NCBI RefSeq assembly: GCF_009914755.1
Contig: NC_060935.1
DNA from: the human T2T-CHM13v2.0 reference genome, Homo sapiens
Strand: one strand, 5' to 3'
DNA: 64,000 nt
The position numbers and the translations under genes are program-made. Positions 12,903 to 27,981 of the stretch are shown here, in pieces (position 1 is the stretch's first letter; each line of letters begins with the position of its first letter). The notes under the pieces were generated by a model. It searched no databases. It was given only the letters and a program-made list of their open reading frames with translations, and was not told where the DNA came from.

Positions 12903-14775
12903 CCTGCTGGCAGAGGCAAGGAAAGACCAGCAGAGAGAGAGAGAGAGGAAAGAGACAGAGAGGAAAAGAGGCAAAGAGAGAGAGGAAGATGCAGAGAGAT
13001 AAAGAGGGAGTCAAGGGGAGAGAGAGAGAGAGAGAAAGAAAGAGAGAGGCAGAGAGAGAGGAAGAGACAGAGGTGAAAGGAAAGTCAGAGAGAGAGAGAG
13101 ACAGAAAGTCAAAGAGAGAAAGAGAGATATACAAGTAGTTAAGTTAGTTAAAAACAGTTACCCTATTCCTTTAAAAGCCAAGGTAAATTTAAAACCTATA
13201 ATTGATAATTAAAGGTATTCTCCATAATCCTTAACCCAGTAACCAATGGATTGCCCAAATGCATTCAATCTGTAGCCTCAACTGTTTTGCTAACTGAAGA
13301 AAGTAGAAAAATAACTTTTAGAGGAAACCTCATTGTGAGCACACCTCACCAGTTCAGAAGTATCCTAAGGAAAAAAAAAAAAGGCAAAAAGGTAGCTTAC
13401 TAACTTAAAAATCTTAAAGTATAGGGCCATTCTGTTAAAAAAAAAAAAAAAAAGATGATGATTTAACATTAACCACTGCTGAAAATTCCCTTAACCCAGC
13501 AGGTTTCCTAACAGGGGATCTAAATCTTAATTACCATACAAAGGTCCGAACAGATGTAGGAGGAACTCCCTTGAGTACAGGATGATAGACGGTTCCTCCC
13601 CGGTAATTGAAGGGGGAAAAAAAAAGCTATCTATACCAATTCTTAGTTAATTTGGACTAAACAAGGTCTTATTAATAGCAAAGGATAATGGAAATCTCAA
13701 ACTTACAAGGTTTTCAACAAAAGTAAAGTTTGCTAAAAGTTAACAGTGTAACATGTATTATAGTAACTTGTAATCTTGTGGCCTTAGACAGTCTAGTCCA
13801 CAGACATAAAGGAAGTTCGCTTTGGAAAAGAATGGTTATCATCTTTGAAAAAAAGGGGGAGCAGAATTTATGTAAAAAGAATGTTATCTGGTAAATTCTT
13901 GTCCTGAAATAAATTAACTGATTGTTTAAAGAAAGAAATGTTTGTAATAAATCAGAAAGTTGAGACATGTTGAAGAATTGTCTGTGAAAGTCGCAAAAAA
14001 AAAAGTTATAAAAAAAGTATGAAAGAAATGTTGGATAATTTAAAAGTAATTAGGCCTCCTGAATGTAAAAGTATTGAAAAAACAGTTTATGTGCAAGGTG
14101 TGTAAGGAAAGTAAAATATACCTCTGGTAAAAGGATTATAAGGAGGCATAAGAATGTGGATTTTTACCTACACTGAAAGGTTAAAAAAAATTGTTTTGAA
14201 GGTTTAAGTAAGTTTTAAAATATTAATTATAAAGGAAATTATGTGTGTAAACATATTAGCTAAAGTTAAAGGGGTATCATCCAGTTTTTCTGTGAACTGG
14301 ACATTAAAGTAAAAACACAATAGGTTTTTCTTAAAGCACTAACCTGCTCTTTAACAAAAATTATAAAAGGTTAGAAAGAGTTTATAAAAATCTTACCTTA
14401 GGGTCAGACATTAAAAATTGAATAAACATGTCTACAAAGTTTTATTGAAACTGAGTTTAACATTAATAGCACACTAATATAAAGGTGAAATTTAGCTTAG
14501 CTGGTATAAAAATCATACAGGATGCATTGTCAAATATAAAATGGTGTTTGGCTTTCTTTGGTCTAAAAACTAATAAAAATAGGTGCTAAAGGAAATTTCT
14601 CAGTAAGAAGGCACCAAGGACTATAAAGTCCACTGCTGATGTCCCCACATTTAAAACAAAAGGTCAATTTCTTAAAAATTATATACTTGGTTTATCTTCC
14701 ACTTTCCTTTCCCTCAAAACTAAAAGTCTGTTAGCACATGTACCACCCCTAGAATTTCCAGTAAACCAGCACCAG

Positions 14776-15965
14776 CCTGAAGATCACGTTCTCATCAAAG
14801 GGTGGAAAGAAAGAAAACTTGAACCAGCCTGGGAAGGACACTACCTTGTGCTGCTAACCACCAAGACTGCTGTTCGTACAGCAAAAAAGGGATGGACTCA
14901 TCACACTGAAGTCAAGAAAGCGCCACACCCTCCAGAGTCGTGGGCCATAGTCACAGGGGAAAACCCTACCAAACTAAAGCTAAGAAAAATTTAACTCTTT
15001 CGTCTATTCTATTACTCTTTCTTCTTTCCTTGCTCTATTGCTGACTATCTAGTTATTAACATAACCAAGTCAATTTCGCCTCAAACTATTGCATTTAATG
15101 CTTGCCTTGTTATACCCTGTGGGGACTTGCCAAGTCAAAGACTGCTCACTTCAGAGAAGTACCTCTGTCCCTCCTGACTCTGCTCAGACTAGGCATTAGT
15201 AAATTAGGACCATTTAATCTGAGGAGATTTTGATAAAGGCCCCAGTGTCAACCAGGAGTCTTTTCCCCAATGTAGAGCTTTTATGCTGTAGTTGGTCCAA
15301 TGTTCTGTGGACCACTAAAGAGCAAGGATGGACTGCCCCAACCAGTTTTTGTAATTTCCTAAAACCATACATTCATTTTACTAGAGGATCATAGAAGTTA
15401 TAGACTTAAAACAAACCTCAACAATTAAGACAGGATACCAAGATGCAAATGCCTGGTTGGAATAAATCAAATGTTCCATCTGCACGTTAAACAAAAGCAA
15501 TTGTTATGCTTGTGCACATGGCAGGCCAGAAGCCCAGATTATCCCCTTTCCACTAAGGTGGTCCTCCAGTCAACCAGGCATGGACTGCATGGTGGCTCCT
15601 TTCCAGGATTCTACAGCCTGGAATAATAAGTTGTGCCAAGCTCTCTCTCTGCTATATCCTGAAGTTCAATACCCTGCGGGTCAGCCCCCGAGGACCATCC
15701 AGCTTCCATCTCCCAACACTAAGTTCACTTCGTGTCTCTCACGACAGGGAGGAAACTTAGCACTCCCTGGAGACCTGAAGGGATGCCGTGAGCTTAAGAA
15801 TTTTCAAGAGCTTACCAATAAGTCAGCCCTTGTTCATCCCCGAGCGGATGTGTGGTGGTATTGTGGTGGACCTTTACTGGACACTCTGCCTAATAATTAC
15901 AGTGGCACTTGTGCTTTAGTCCAATTGGCTATCCCTTTCACCCTGGCATTTCATCAACCAGAGGG
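14776..15965 (+). pseudogene. First integrase C-terminus plus env-SU remnant (non-HERV-E lineage, HERV-I-like)
   Basis: Manual translation from 14776 gives PEDHVLIKGWKERKLEPAWEGHYLVLLTTKTAVRTAKKGWTHHTEVK. ORF 15580..15999 has the SU-like WWYCGGPLLDTLPNNYSGTCALVQL. Confidence 0.7.
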
Positions 15966-16560
15966 AGGGCAGGTAATAGAAGAAGGATGGATCCAGTGAT
16001 CAGATGGAAGAATAGCCGTGCCACAACTGCTAGGAGCCACAGTCGTACTGGCTGTGCATGAGACCACCCACCGAGGCCAAGAGTCACTTGAAAAGTTGTT
16101 AGGCCGGTACTTCTACATCTCCCATCTGTCAGCCCTTGCCAAAACAGTGGCACAGCAGTGTGTCACCTCCCGGCAGCACAATGCTAGGCAAGGTCCAACT
16201 GTCCTGCCTGGCATACAGGCTTATAGAGCAGCCCCCTTTGAAGATCTCCAAGTAGACTTCACTGAGATGCCCAAATGTGGAGATCTCATCCCTAGGTTTG
16301 GACTGCCCTTACGAATTGGCTCAGACAATGGGCCGGCATTTGTGGCTGACTTGGTACAGAAGACAGCAAAGGTGATCAGGTGCAGATCAAGGATTAGAAC
16401 ATAGCCCCCTCGTGGCCACGGTGAAAAGGACCCCAGACCATCATCTTGACCACTCCCACAGCCGTAAAAGTAAAAGGAATCCCAGCCTGGATCCACCACA
16501 GCCGCGTGAAACCCGCAGCACCTGAGACCTGGGAGGAGAGACTAAGCCTGGATAATCCCT
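15966..16560 (+). pseudogene. Second, internally deleted integrase remnant (HERV-E-like)
   Basis: ORF 16018..16404 contains HETTH...CVTS (degenerate HHCC), PFEDLQVDFTEMP and IGSDNGPAF. The C-terminal KGPQTIILTTPTAVKVKGIPAWIHHSRVK lies at about 16426-16512. Confidence 0.85.
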
Positions 16561-16620
16561 ACAAAGTGACTCTGAACAAGATGACAAGCGCTGCTCCAGT
16601 CACACCCAGAAGCTGACTGA

Positions 16621-18210
<1,590 letters not shown>

Positions 18211-18224
18211 TGAGTGAAGTTCTC

Positions 18225-18237
18225 AAAAGTGGGAGAA
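18225..18237 (+). promoter_or_regulatory. Polypurine tract
   Basis: aaaagtgggagaa lies immediately before the 3' LTR. Confidence 0.8.
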
Positions 18238-18695
18238 TAAGGGAGGAGAACACCCCTCATATTGTCTTATGCCCAATTTCTGCCTCCACAGAAAGAAGTA
18301 AAAACTAAAAGTCAGAAATGAAATCCGCAGGCAGATAGCCCGATGCAAGCCCTGGGCCTGGTAGTTAAAAATCAACCCCTGACCTAACTGCTTGTGTTAT
18401 CTATAGATTCCAGACATTGCATGGAAAAGCATTGTGAAAATCTCTGTCCTGTTCTGTTCCATTCTAATTACTGGTGCATGCAGCCCCCAGTCACGTACCC
18501 CGTGCTGGCTCAATCGATCACAACCCTCTCACATGGACCCCCTTAGAGTTGTAAGCCCTTAAATGGGACAGGAATTGCTCACTTGGGGAGCTCAGCTTTT
18601 GAGATGCAAGTCTGCTGAAGCTCCCAGCCGAATAAAGCTCCTTCGTTCTTTAACCCTGTGTCTAAGGAATTTTGTCTGCAGCTTGTCCTGCTACA
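18238..18695 (+). repeat. 3' LTR (LTR2)
   Basis: Direct repeat of 11471-11926. Ends ctaca, followed by TSD tctc. Confidence 0.92.
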
Positions 18696-18833
18696 TCTCC
18701 AGTTCCATGAGATGTGACCTTAGATTATCTATTTGTGCTCTCTCAGACTTTTTGATGTGGGCATTTAATGGTATGAACTTTCCTCTTAACACTGCTTTTG
18801 CTGTACTCCAGAGGTTTTGATAGGTTATGTCAC

Positions 18834-19192
18834 TGAGGCAGGAAAATAGGGTCTGGAGGTAGGGAACATAAGGCTGATTCACACTTCAGCTATGACAGGA
18901 AATATCCTCTCCATAGGGCGTATGCCATAAATGACTTTGTAACTTTACTTCATCCTCTCCATTTACATAGGGTGTACCCAAAGTAACCAATGGAATCCTC
19001 TAGCGGGTATTTAAACTCCCCAAAATTCTGTAACGGGGCCTTTGAGCTCCTATGCTTTGGCCCACTCCCACGCTGTGGAGTGTACTTTCATTTTTTCAAT
19101 AAACCTGTTCATCCCTTCCCTGCTTTGTTTGTGTGTTTTGTCCAGTTCTTTGTTCAAGATGCCAAGAGCCTGGACACTCTCCACTGGTGAAA
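18834..19192 (+). mobile_element. Solo LTR, MER61 family
   Basis: Starts tgaggcaggaaaatagggtctggagg and has an AATAAA. 4-bp TSD tcac at 18830-18833 and 19193-19196. Confidence 0.82.
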
Positions 19193-20937
19193 TCACTATT
19201 ATCATTCAGTTCAAAGAATTTTTAAATTTCCCTCTTGATTTCATTGTTGACCCAGTGATCATTCAAGAGCAGGTTATTTAATTTCTATGTATTTGCCTGG
19301 TTTTGAGGGTTCCTTTTGGAGTTGATTTCCAGTTCTAATCTACTGTGGTATGAGAGAGTACTTGATACAATTTCAGTTTTCTTAAATTTACTGAGACTTG
19401 TTTTGTGGCCTATCATATGGTCTGTCTTGGAGAATGTGCCATGTGCTGATGAATAGAATGTATATTCTGCAGTTGTTGAGTAGAATGTTCTGTAAATATC
19501 TGTTAAGTCCTTTTGTTGTAGAATATAGTTTAAGTCCATTGATTCTTTGTAGACTTTCTGTCTTGATGACCTGTCTAGTGCTGTCAGTGGAGTATTAAAG
19601 TCCGCCACTATTATTGTGTTGCTGCCTATCTCCTTAGGTCAAGTAGTAATTGTTTTATAAATTTGAGAGCTCCAGTGTTAGGTGCATCTATATTTAGAAT
19701 TGTGATATTTTCCTGCTCGACTAGTCCTTTTATCATTATATGATGTCCCTCTTTGTCTTTTATAACTGTTGTTGCTTTAAAGTTTATTTTGTCTGATATA
19801 AGAATAGCTCCTCCTGCTCATTTTTAGTGTCCATTTGCATGGAATATCTTTTTCCACCCCTTTACCTAAGTTTATGTGAATCCGTATGTGTTAGGTGAGT
19901 CTCCTGAAGACAGTAGAAACTTGATTGGTGAATTCTTATTCATTCTGCCATTCCGTATCTTTTAAGTGGGGCATTTAGGTCATACACATTCAATGTTAGT
20001 GTTGAGATATGAAGAGCTATTCTATTCATAATGCTATTTTTTTGCCTGAATACCTTGGGTTTTTTTTTTCATTGTGTTATTATTATATAGGTCCCATGAG
20101 ATTTATGCTTTAAGGAGGTTCTGTTTTGGTGTATTTCATGGATTTGTTTCAAGATTTAGAGCTCCTTTTAGCAGTTCTTGTAGTGCTGGCTTGGTAGTGG
20201 CGAATTCTCTCAGCATTTGTTTGTCTGGAAAAGAATGTATCTTTCCTTCATGTATGAAGCTTAGTTTCACAAAATTATTGGCTGATACTTGTTTTGTTTA
20301 AGGAGGCTAAAAATAGGACCTCAATCCCTTCTAGCTTGTAGGGTTTCTGCTGTTAATCTGATAAGTTTTCCTTTATGGGTTACTTGATGCTTTTGCCTCA
20401 CAGCTCTTAAGATTCTTTCCTTTGTCTTGACTTTAGATAACCTGATGACTATGTGCCTAGGCGATGATCTTTTTGTGATGAATTTCCCAGATGTTTTTTG
20501 AGCTTCTTGTATTTGAATGTCTAGATCTCTAGCAAGGCTGGAGAAGTTTTCCTCTATTATTTCCTCAAATATGTTTTCCATACTTTTAGATTTATCTTCT
20601 TCCTTGAGAACACCAATTATTCTTAGGTTTGGACATTTAACATAGTTTCAAACTCCTTGGAGGCTTTGTTCATTTTTAAAAATTCTTTTTTGTCTCTGAT
20701 GGATTGGGCAGATTCAAAAGCCTTGTCTTTGAGCTCTGAATTTCTTTCTTCTGCTTGTTCAATTTTATTGCTGAGACTTTCCAGTGCATTTTGCATTTCT
20801 CTAAGTGTGTCCTTGATTTCCAGAAGTTGTGATTGTTTTTTATTTATGCTATCTATTTCACTGAAGAATGTTCCTTTCATATCCTGTATCATGTTTTTGA
20901 TTTCTTTAAGTTGGACTTCACTTTACTCTGGTACCTC

Positions 20938-21406
20938 TGTAGCAGGATGATCCACAGACAAAACCTCTCAGACACCAAGTTGTAGAAGGAAGGGCTTTAT
21001 TCAGCTGGGATCATCAGCCAGCTACTGTCTCAAAATCCGAGCTCCCCGAGTGCACAATTTCTGTCCCTTTTAAGGGCTCACAACACTAAAGATTTCACAT
21101 GAAAGGGTCGTGATTGATTTGAGCAAGCAAGGGGTACGTGACAGGGGCTGCATGCACCGGTAGTCAGGGAGGAACAGAACAGGGCAGGGAGTTTCACAAT
21201 GTTCTTCTATACAATGTAAGGAATCTATGAATAACATCTGCTTCTAAATCATAAGTTGATTTTTAACTACTGGGTTTAGGCCAGGTGGGCCCAGGCCTGG
21301 TTTTGGGCCTGGCGCCAGGCTGCCTGTCTTTGGTTTTACTTCCTTGTTGTTTTTACTGAATATGAAACAATATAAAACAATGTGAGAGGGTCTTTCTCTC
21401 CTCTCA
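20938..21406 (-). mobile_element. Solo LTR, LTR2B/LTR2C-like
   Basis: The reverse complement is homologous to the provirus LTRs (ggtgcatgcagcccc, gcccttaaaagggacag, ends cctgctaca) but has a different U3. TSD cctc at 20934-20937 and 21407-21410. Confidence 0.85.
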
Positions 21407-21491
21407 CCTCCTTGATTAACTTAATAATCGACCTTCTGAATTCTTTTTCTGGCAATTCAGAGATTTCATCTTGATTTGGATCCATTGCTGA

Positions 21492-21955
21492 TGTGAAAGG
21501 AAAATAAATCTTGGGGCCCCTAAATCACTAAGCTAAAGAGAAAAGTCAAGCTGGGAAATGCTTGGGGCAAACCTGCCTTCCATTCTATTCAAAGTCACCC
21601 CTCTGCTCACTGACATGGATGCATATCTGATTGCTTCCTTCGAAGAGGCTGATTAGAAACTCGTAAGAATGCAACTGTTCCTCTCACCTGTCTGTGACCT
21701 GGAAGTCCCCTCCCCACTTTGAGTCTTCCTACCTTTGCTTCAAGTTGTCCTGCCTTTCCAGACTGAACCAATGTACTTCTTATGTATATTGATTAATGTC
21801 TCATGTCTCCCTAAAATGTATAAAACTAAGCTGTGCCCTGACCACCTTGGGCTCATGTCGTCAGAACTTGCTAAGGCTGTGTCACGGGTGCATCGTCAAC
21901 CTTGGCAAAATAAACTTTCTAAATTGAGACCTATTTCAGATTTTCTGGGTTCACA
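21492..21955 (+). mobile_element. Solo LTR, MER4A family
   Basis: tgtgaaaggaaaataaatcttgggg...cttggcaaaataaactttct...ggttcaca. TSD ctga/ctgg. Confidence 0.82.
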
Positions 21956-23084
21956 CTGGTAAGCTGGTATGATCTTTTGGGGGTGTTAAAGAACCTTGCT
22001 TTGTCATATTATCAGAATTGTTTTTCTGATTCCTTCTCATTTGGGTAGACTGTCAGAGGGAAGATTTGGGATTCAAGGGCTGCTGTTCAAATTCTTTTGT
22101 CCCACCGGGTGCTCCCTTGATGTGGTGTTCTCCCCCTTCCCCTAGGAATGGGGCTTCCTGAGAGCTGAACTGTAGTGTCTGTTTTTGCTCTTCTGAGTCT
22201 AGCCACCCTGTGGAACTACTGGGCTCTGGGCTGGTACTAGGAGTGTCTGCAAAGAGTCCTGTGATGTGATCTATCTTGAGGTCTTAGAGCCATGGCTACC
22301 AGCACCTGCTCTGGTGGAGGTAGCGGGAGAGTGAAGTGGACTCTGTGAGGATCCTTGGTTGTGTTTTTGTTTGGTGCACCGGTTTTGTGTTGGTTGGCCT
22401 CCAGTCGGGAGGTGGCACTTGCAAGATCACATTGGCTGTGGTTTTATAGGAAGGATGCAAACCTGGTTAAGTATTCTGGTTTCTCAGGCGGTGGGCAGGG
22501 CCATAGAGATCCCAAGAGATTATAACTTTTGTCTTCAGCTAGCAGGGCAGGTAGAGAAAGACCACCAGGTGGGAGCAGGGATAGGTGTGTCTGAGCTCAG
22601 CCTCTCATTTGGCGGGGCTTGCTGTGGCTCCTGTGTCAGGGGGTGTGGTTCCCAGTCCAATGGAGTTATATTCCCAAGGGGATTATGGCTGCCTCTTCTG
22701 AGTCACCAAGGAAGTGGGGAAAGTTGGCAGTCTAAGGCCTCACCTTGCTCCCATGCAGCCCGCAGTGCTAAAGGCCAGCGTCACTCCCACTGTGCCCCCA
22801 CAACAGTACCACGTCTATTTCCAGGCAGCCAGTGACCTGGGCTGAGAACTTGCTCCAGACCACGAGCCTTCCTGTTGAGAAACCAAGCAGACTCACAGTT
22901 TTTTGGCATCTCAGGGAGCCTGGATTGGTGATCCAGTTCCTTCAAAGGCTCTGTAGATTCTCTTGGCTTTCCTGGTATGTTCTTGTGGTAGTTCTTGGAG
23001 CAAAAGTCTCCACATGCTATTCTATCCATCCGAGTGGGAGCTGCATGCTAGTCCTGCCTCCTATCTGCCATCTTTCCCCACATG

Positions 23085-25140
23085 AGATATATTTTGATAT
23101 ACTTTCACATTCAAGGTATTTGTCTTTGGATCTAAAATGAGTCTTTTATAGATAGTATATAGCTGGATAATACTTTTTAAAAAATACATTCTTCTAATCT
23201 CTGCTTTTTAACTGGAGAATATAATCCATTTTCTTTTAAAGAAATTACTGGTAAAGAAGGGCTTGTTTCTGCCATTTTGCTACTTGTTTTTTATGTCGTA
23301 TCTTTTTTTGTTCCTTAATTCCTTTACTACTGCCTTCTTTTGTGTTTAGTTGATTTTCTTGTAGTGTGCCATTTTGATTCCCTCCTCATTTTTTTTTCTG
23401 GATATCTTAAAGATACTTTCTTAATGGTTACCCTAAGAATTACAACTAACATTCTAAATTCATAATAATCTAGTTTGAATTGATACCTGCTTAGCTTCAA
23501 TAGCATACAGAAACTCTGTGCCTGTACAGCTGTCTTCTCCTCCTTTATGTTATTGTCACAAATTACATCTTTAGAAATTGTGTTCCTGTTAACATAGATT
23601 AATAATTTTTCTTGTATTTATTTGTCTTTTAAATCATATAGGAAAAAGAAGTGATTTATATACCAAACATACAATAATACTAGATTTTTATATTTATCTG
23701 TGTAGTTATCTTTACCAGAGATCTTATCTTTTTTCTTTATATGGCATCAATTTATTGTTACTGTCCTTTCATTTTAACCGAAAGAACTTTCCTTAGTATT
23801 TCTTATAGGGAAGGTCTGCTGGTGATGAGCTTCCTCAACCTTTGTTATCTGAAAATGTCTTAATTTCTATTTCATTTTGAAGAATCATTGTGCCATATAT
23901 AGAATTATTGGTTGACAGACTTGTTTTTCTTTTATCACTTTAAATATATCAATTCACTGCCCTCTGGTCTTTGTGGTTTCTGATGAGAAATCATCTGTAA
24001 GTCTTCCTTAGGATCCCTTGCATGTGACTATTCAGGTCTCTCTTGCTGCTTTCAAGACTCTCTCTTTGTCTTTTGACAATTTGATTATAATGTATATTGG
24101 TGTGAATGTCTTTGAGTTTCTCCTACTTGAGGTTTGTTTAGCTTCTTGGATGTGTAGATTGATGTCTTTCAGCAAATTTGGGAACTGTTTGGCCATTATT
24201 TCTTCAAATATTCATTTTATACCTTTCTCTCCTCTCCTTCTGGTACTCTCATAATGCATATGTTGTTATGCTTGATGTTGTATCACAGGTCTTTTAGGCT
24301 CTGCTTATTTTTCTTCACCCATTTTTCTCTCTGCTCCTCCAATTGGGTAATCTCAATTGACCTATCTTCAAATTCACTGATTCTTTGTACTGCCTGCTCA
24401 AATATGCTGTTGAACCCACCTAGTAAACATTTTCATTTCAGTTATAATTTTTAACTCTAAATTTCTACTTAGTTCCTTTTTATAATTTTTCTTTCTTTAT
24501 TGATATCCTTTATTTATTGAGACATCTTTTGGTTTTATTTGTTTCTTTGTTCATAGTTTCCTTTAACTCTTTGAACATACTTAAGACAAGTGTTTTAAAC
24601 TCTTTGTCTAGGAAGCTCAATGTCTGAGCTACCTCAAGGATAGTTTTTGTTAATTAATTAATGTTCTCTGTAAATGGGCCATATTTTCCTGTTTTTTGCA
24701 TGCCTTATAAATTTTTGGTTAAAAACTGGACATTTTGAATATTCTAATGTGGTAACTCTGGAAATCAGATTCTCCTCACCCTCCCCAGAGTTTGCTGCTA
24801 TTGTTTGTTATATGCTGCCATCGTCTTTTTCTTTTGTGACTTTTTCAAACTGTTTTTGGCAAAGACTGTATTCTTTGTTGTATATGGTCACTGAATTCTA
24901 CATCTGTTAGCTCAGTGGTCAGCCAGTGTCTTGAAAGAGATTTTCTTAAATGCTAAAATGTAGCACCTCTTTCTTCATAAAATACTCCATAGTTGTTTTA
25001 AGTTTTTTTCTTAATTGGATCCAGGGTTCTAAAAAAGTTTGATTCTGTTAGTTTTTGCCAACTCTATGGTTGCTTCAGTAGAGAAACAAATTCTTGGCAC
25101 TCTCTATTTCATCATTCTCAGTGATGTTACTTGGTTGATT
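23085..25140 (-). mobile_element. Old L1M (ORF1/inter-ORF region)
   Basis: T-rich antisense L1M motifs (tttctgatgagaaatca; ggccattatttcttcaaatatt; tctcaattgacctatcttcaaattcactgattc). Confidence 0.7.
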
Positions 25141-25206
25141 TTTTTTAAGCAAATTACTTGATTGGACTCAAACTATAAGTTTGGTGTTGCTTGCAGTCAG
25201 TTGTAA

Positions 25207-25501
<295 letters not shown>

Positions 25502-25632
25502 AAGTTTTTTAAGACTTAGCTACATGCTGCTTTGAGTTTTCCCCAGACACTTGTGGTTCAGGGTCATCCCAGGAATGTAGGAAGAGTTTATAGATAGAAC
25601 TCAGTCTTCTCTCTGGTTCTTTCCTTTCTGGA

Positions 25633-25776
25633 TGCCCTCTGGTCTCTGTGATTTCTAATGAGAAATCAGCTGTAAGTCTTCCTTAGGATCCCCTGCATGT
25701 GACTATTCAGGTCTCTCTTGCTGCTTTCAAGATTCTGTCTTTGTCTTTTGACAATTTGATTATAATGTATCTTGGT
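25633..25776 (+). repeat. 144-bp local copy of 23958-24101
   Basis: Ungapped alignment with 8 mismatches in 144 bp. Confidence 0.9.
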
Positions 25777-26635
25777 CTACCCTGACTTCCCTACCCCATC
25801 CTACTCCTGACTTTTCAGACATGATGGTTGTTCTCGTCTGTCTTCTGGTTCTTCTGGCTTGAGGGATGCAGATTTTCTATTAAAGTGTTAGTCATTGTGC
25901 TTGGCATTATAACTGTAGCCTGTAAAATCAGGAAAATCATCCTGCGCTTATCCTTTCTTTCAAGTTTTTGACATCTCTTTAGGCTTTGTCTGCTTTTTGT
26001 TGCTCTCCAGAATCTTCAAGTAGTTAAAAAAAAAAATCCCCCCAGAGTTAATAATTGTTATCTGTGGGGAAAGGTGGAGAGGAGAGGAAGTCTGTTAGGA
26101 GCTCTCTCTACCATACCTATAGCAGAATTGATTAGAACAGGTTTGAAATCCAGTTCTGGTGCCTACTTGTTTATATGGCCAACCACAATTAGTGCTTTCC
26201 TAAGAGAACAGGAATTTTTTAAAATTTTAATCATTTTCAAGTGTACAATATAGTGACATTAAGTACATTCACATTGTTGTATAATCATTACCACTATCCA
26301 TCTCCAGAACTTTTACATTTTCCCAAACTGAAACTCTGTACCTATTAAATAACTTTTATTTTACTTAAGAGAAGAAAAAAGAACTGAGGTGAAACTGAAG
26401 AAACCAATGAACTTCAAATAAATGTATCTTCAGCTCAAGAGATGTTATCTCATTAAAGAAGCATAAGATTAAGAAATTAAAAGAATTATGAAAAACGCTG
26501 AGGTTGGAGTCATTATTTTTTAATTTCTCATTTCAATTTTAGAAGAAACAGTCATGCATGTATAATGTGTCTGTCAGTGATGGACCACATATACAATGAT
26601 GATCCCATAAGAGTATAATGGAACTGAAAAAGAAA

Positions 26636-26911
26636 TTTTTTTGGAGACAGGGTCTCACTATGTTGCTCAGACTAGAGTGCGGTGGAGAGATCACAGCTCA
26701 CTACAGCTTCAACCTCCCAGGCTCAAGCAATCCCCCCACCTCACACTCCCAAGTAGCTAGGACCACAGGCACATGCCACCATACCTGGCTGATTTTTAAA
26801 AATTTTGTAGAGACTGCATGTCACTATGTTGTTCAAGCTGGCTTCAAGCGATCATTCTGCCTCAGCCTCCAAAAATGCTGGGATTACAGGCATAAACTAC
26901 TGCACCCAGCC
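26636..26911 (-). mobile_element. AluJ
   Basis: Diverged antisense Alu (acagggtctcactatgttgc, gctcaagcaatcc). Confidence 0.88.
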
Positions 26912-26927
26912 TGTAAAATTCTTATTA

Positions 26928-27257
<330 letters not shown>

Positions 27258-27679
27258 TCATGTGTTTGTGGTGACGCTGGTATAAACAAAGCTACTGTGC
27301 TGCCAGTCATATGAGTATAGCACATACAATTATCTATATTATACAATACTTGATAATAACAAAGGGCTATGTTACTGGTTTATATATTTACTATCCTATG
27401 CTTTTTATCATTATTTTACAATGTACTTCTACTTATAAAAGAAAGTTAACTATAAAACAGTCTCAGGCAGGTCCTTTGGGAGGTATTCCAGAAGAAGGAC
27501 AGCTCAATGCATGTTATTGCCCCCTGAAGATCTTCCAGTGGGACAAGATGTGGAGGTGGAAAACAGTGATATTGATGATCCTGATCCCACATAGGCCCAG
27601 GCTAATGTGTGTGTTTCTGTCTTAGTTTCTTTTTTTTTTTTCTGTCTTAGTTTCGAGCAAAAAAATTTAAAGGTAAAAT

Positions 27680-27981
27680 ATATATATATGTATATATATT
27701 TCTTGAGACAGAGTCCACTTTGTCGCCCAGGCTGGAGTGCAGTGGCGCGATCTCACCTCACTGCAAGCTCTGCCTCCCAGGGACACGTCATTCTCCTGCC
27801 TCAGCCTCCTGAGTAGCTGGGACTACAGGTGCCCGCAACCACGCCTGGCTAATTTTTTGTTTTAGTAGAGACGAGGTTTCACTGTGTTAGCTGGGATGGT
27901 CTTGATCTCCTGACCTCATGATCCGCCCACCTCGGCCTCCCAAAGTGCTGGGATTACAGGCATGAACCACCGCACCCAGCC
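27680..27981 (-). mobile_element. AluY
   Basis: Antisense Y-type Alu with a (ta)n-degenerated tail. Confidence 0.9.

Noticed and set aside
18905-18985. p53 response element in the MER61 LTR
   Set aside because: Some MER61 subfamilies carry p53 sites, but the candidates here (gggcgtatgcc, gggtgtaccc) do not fit RRRCWWGYYY.
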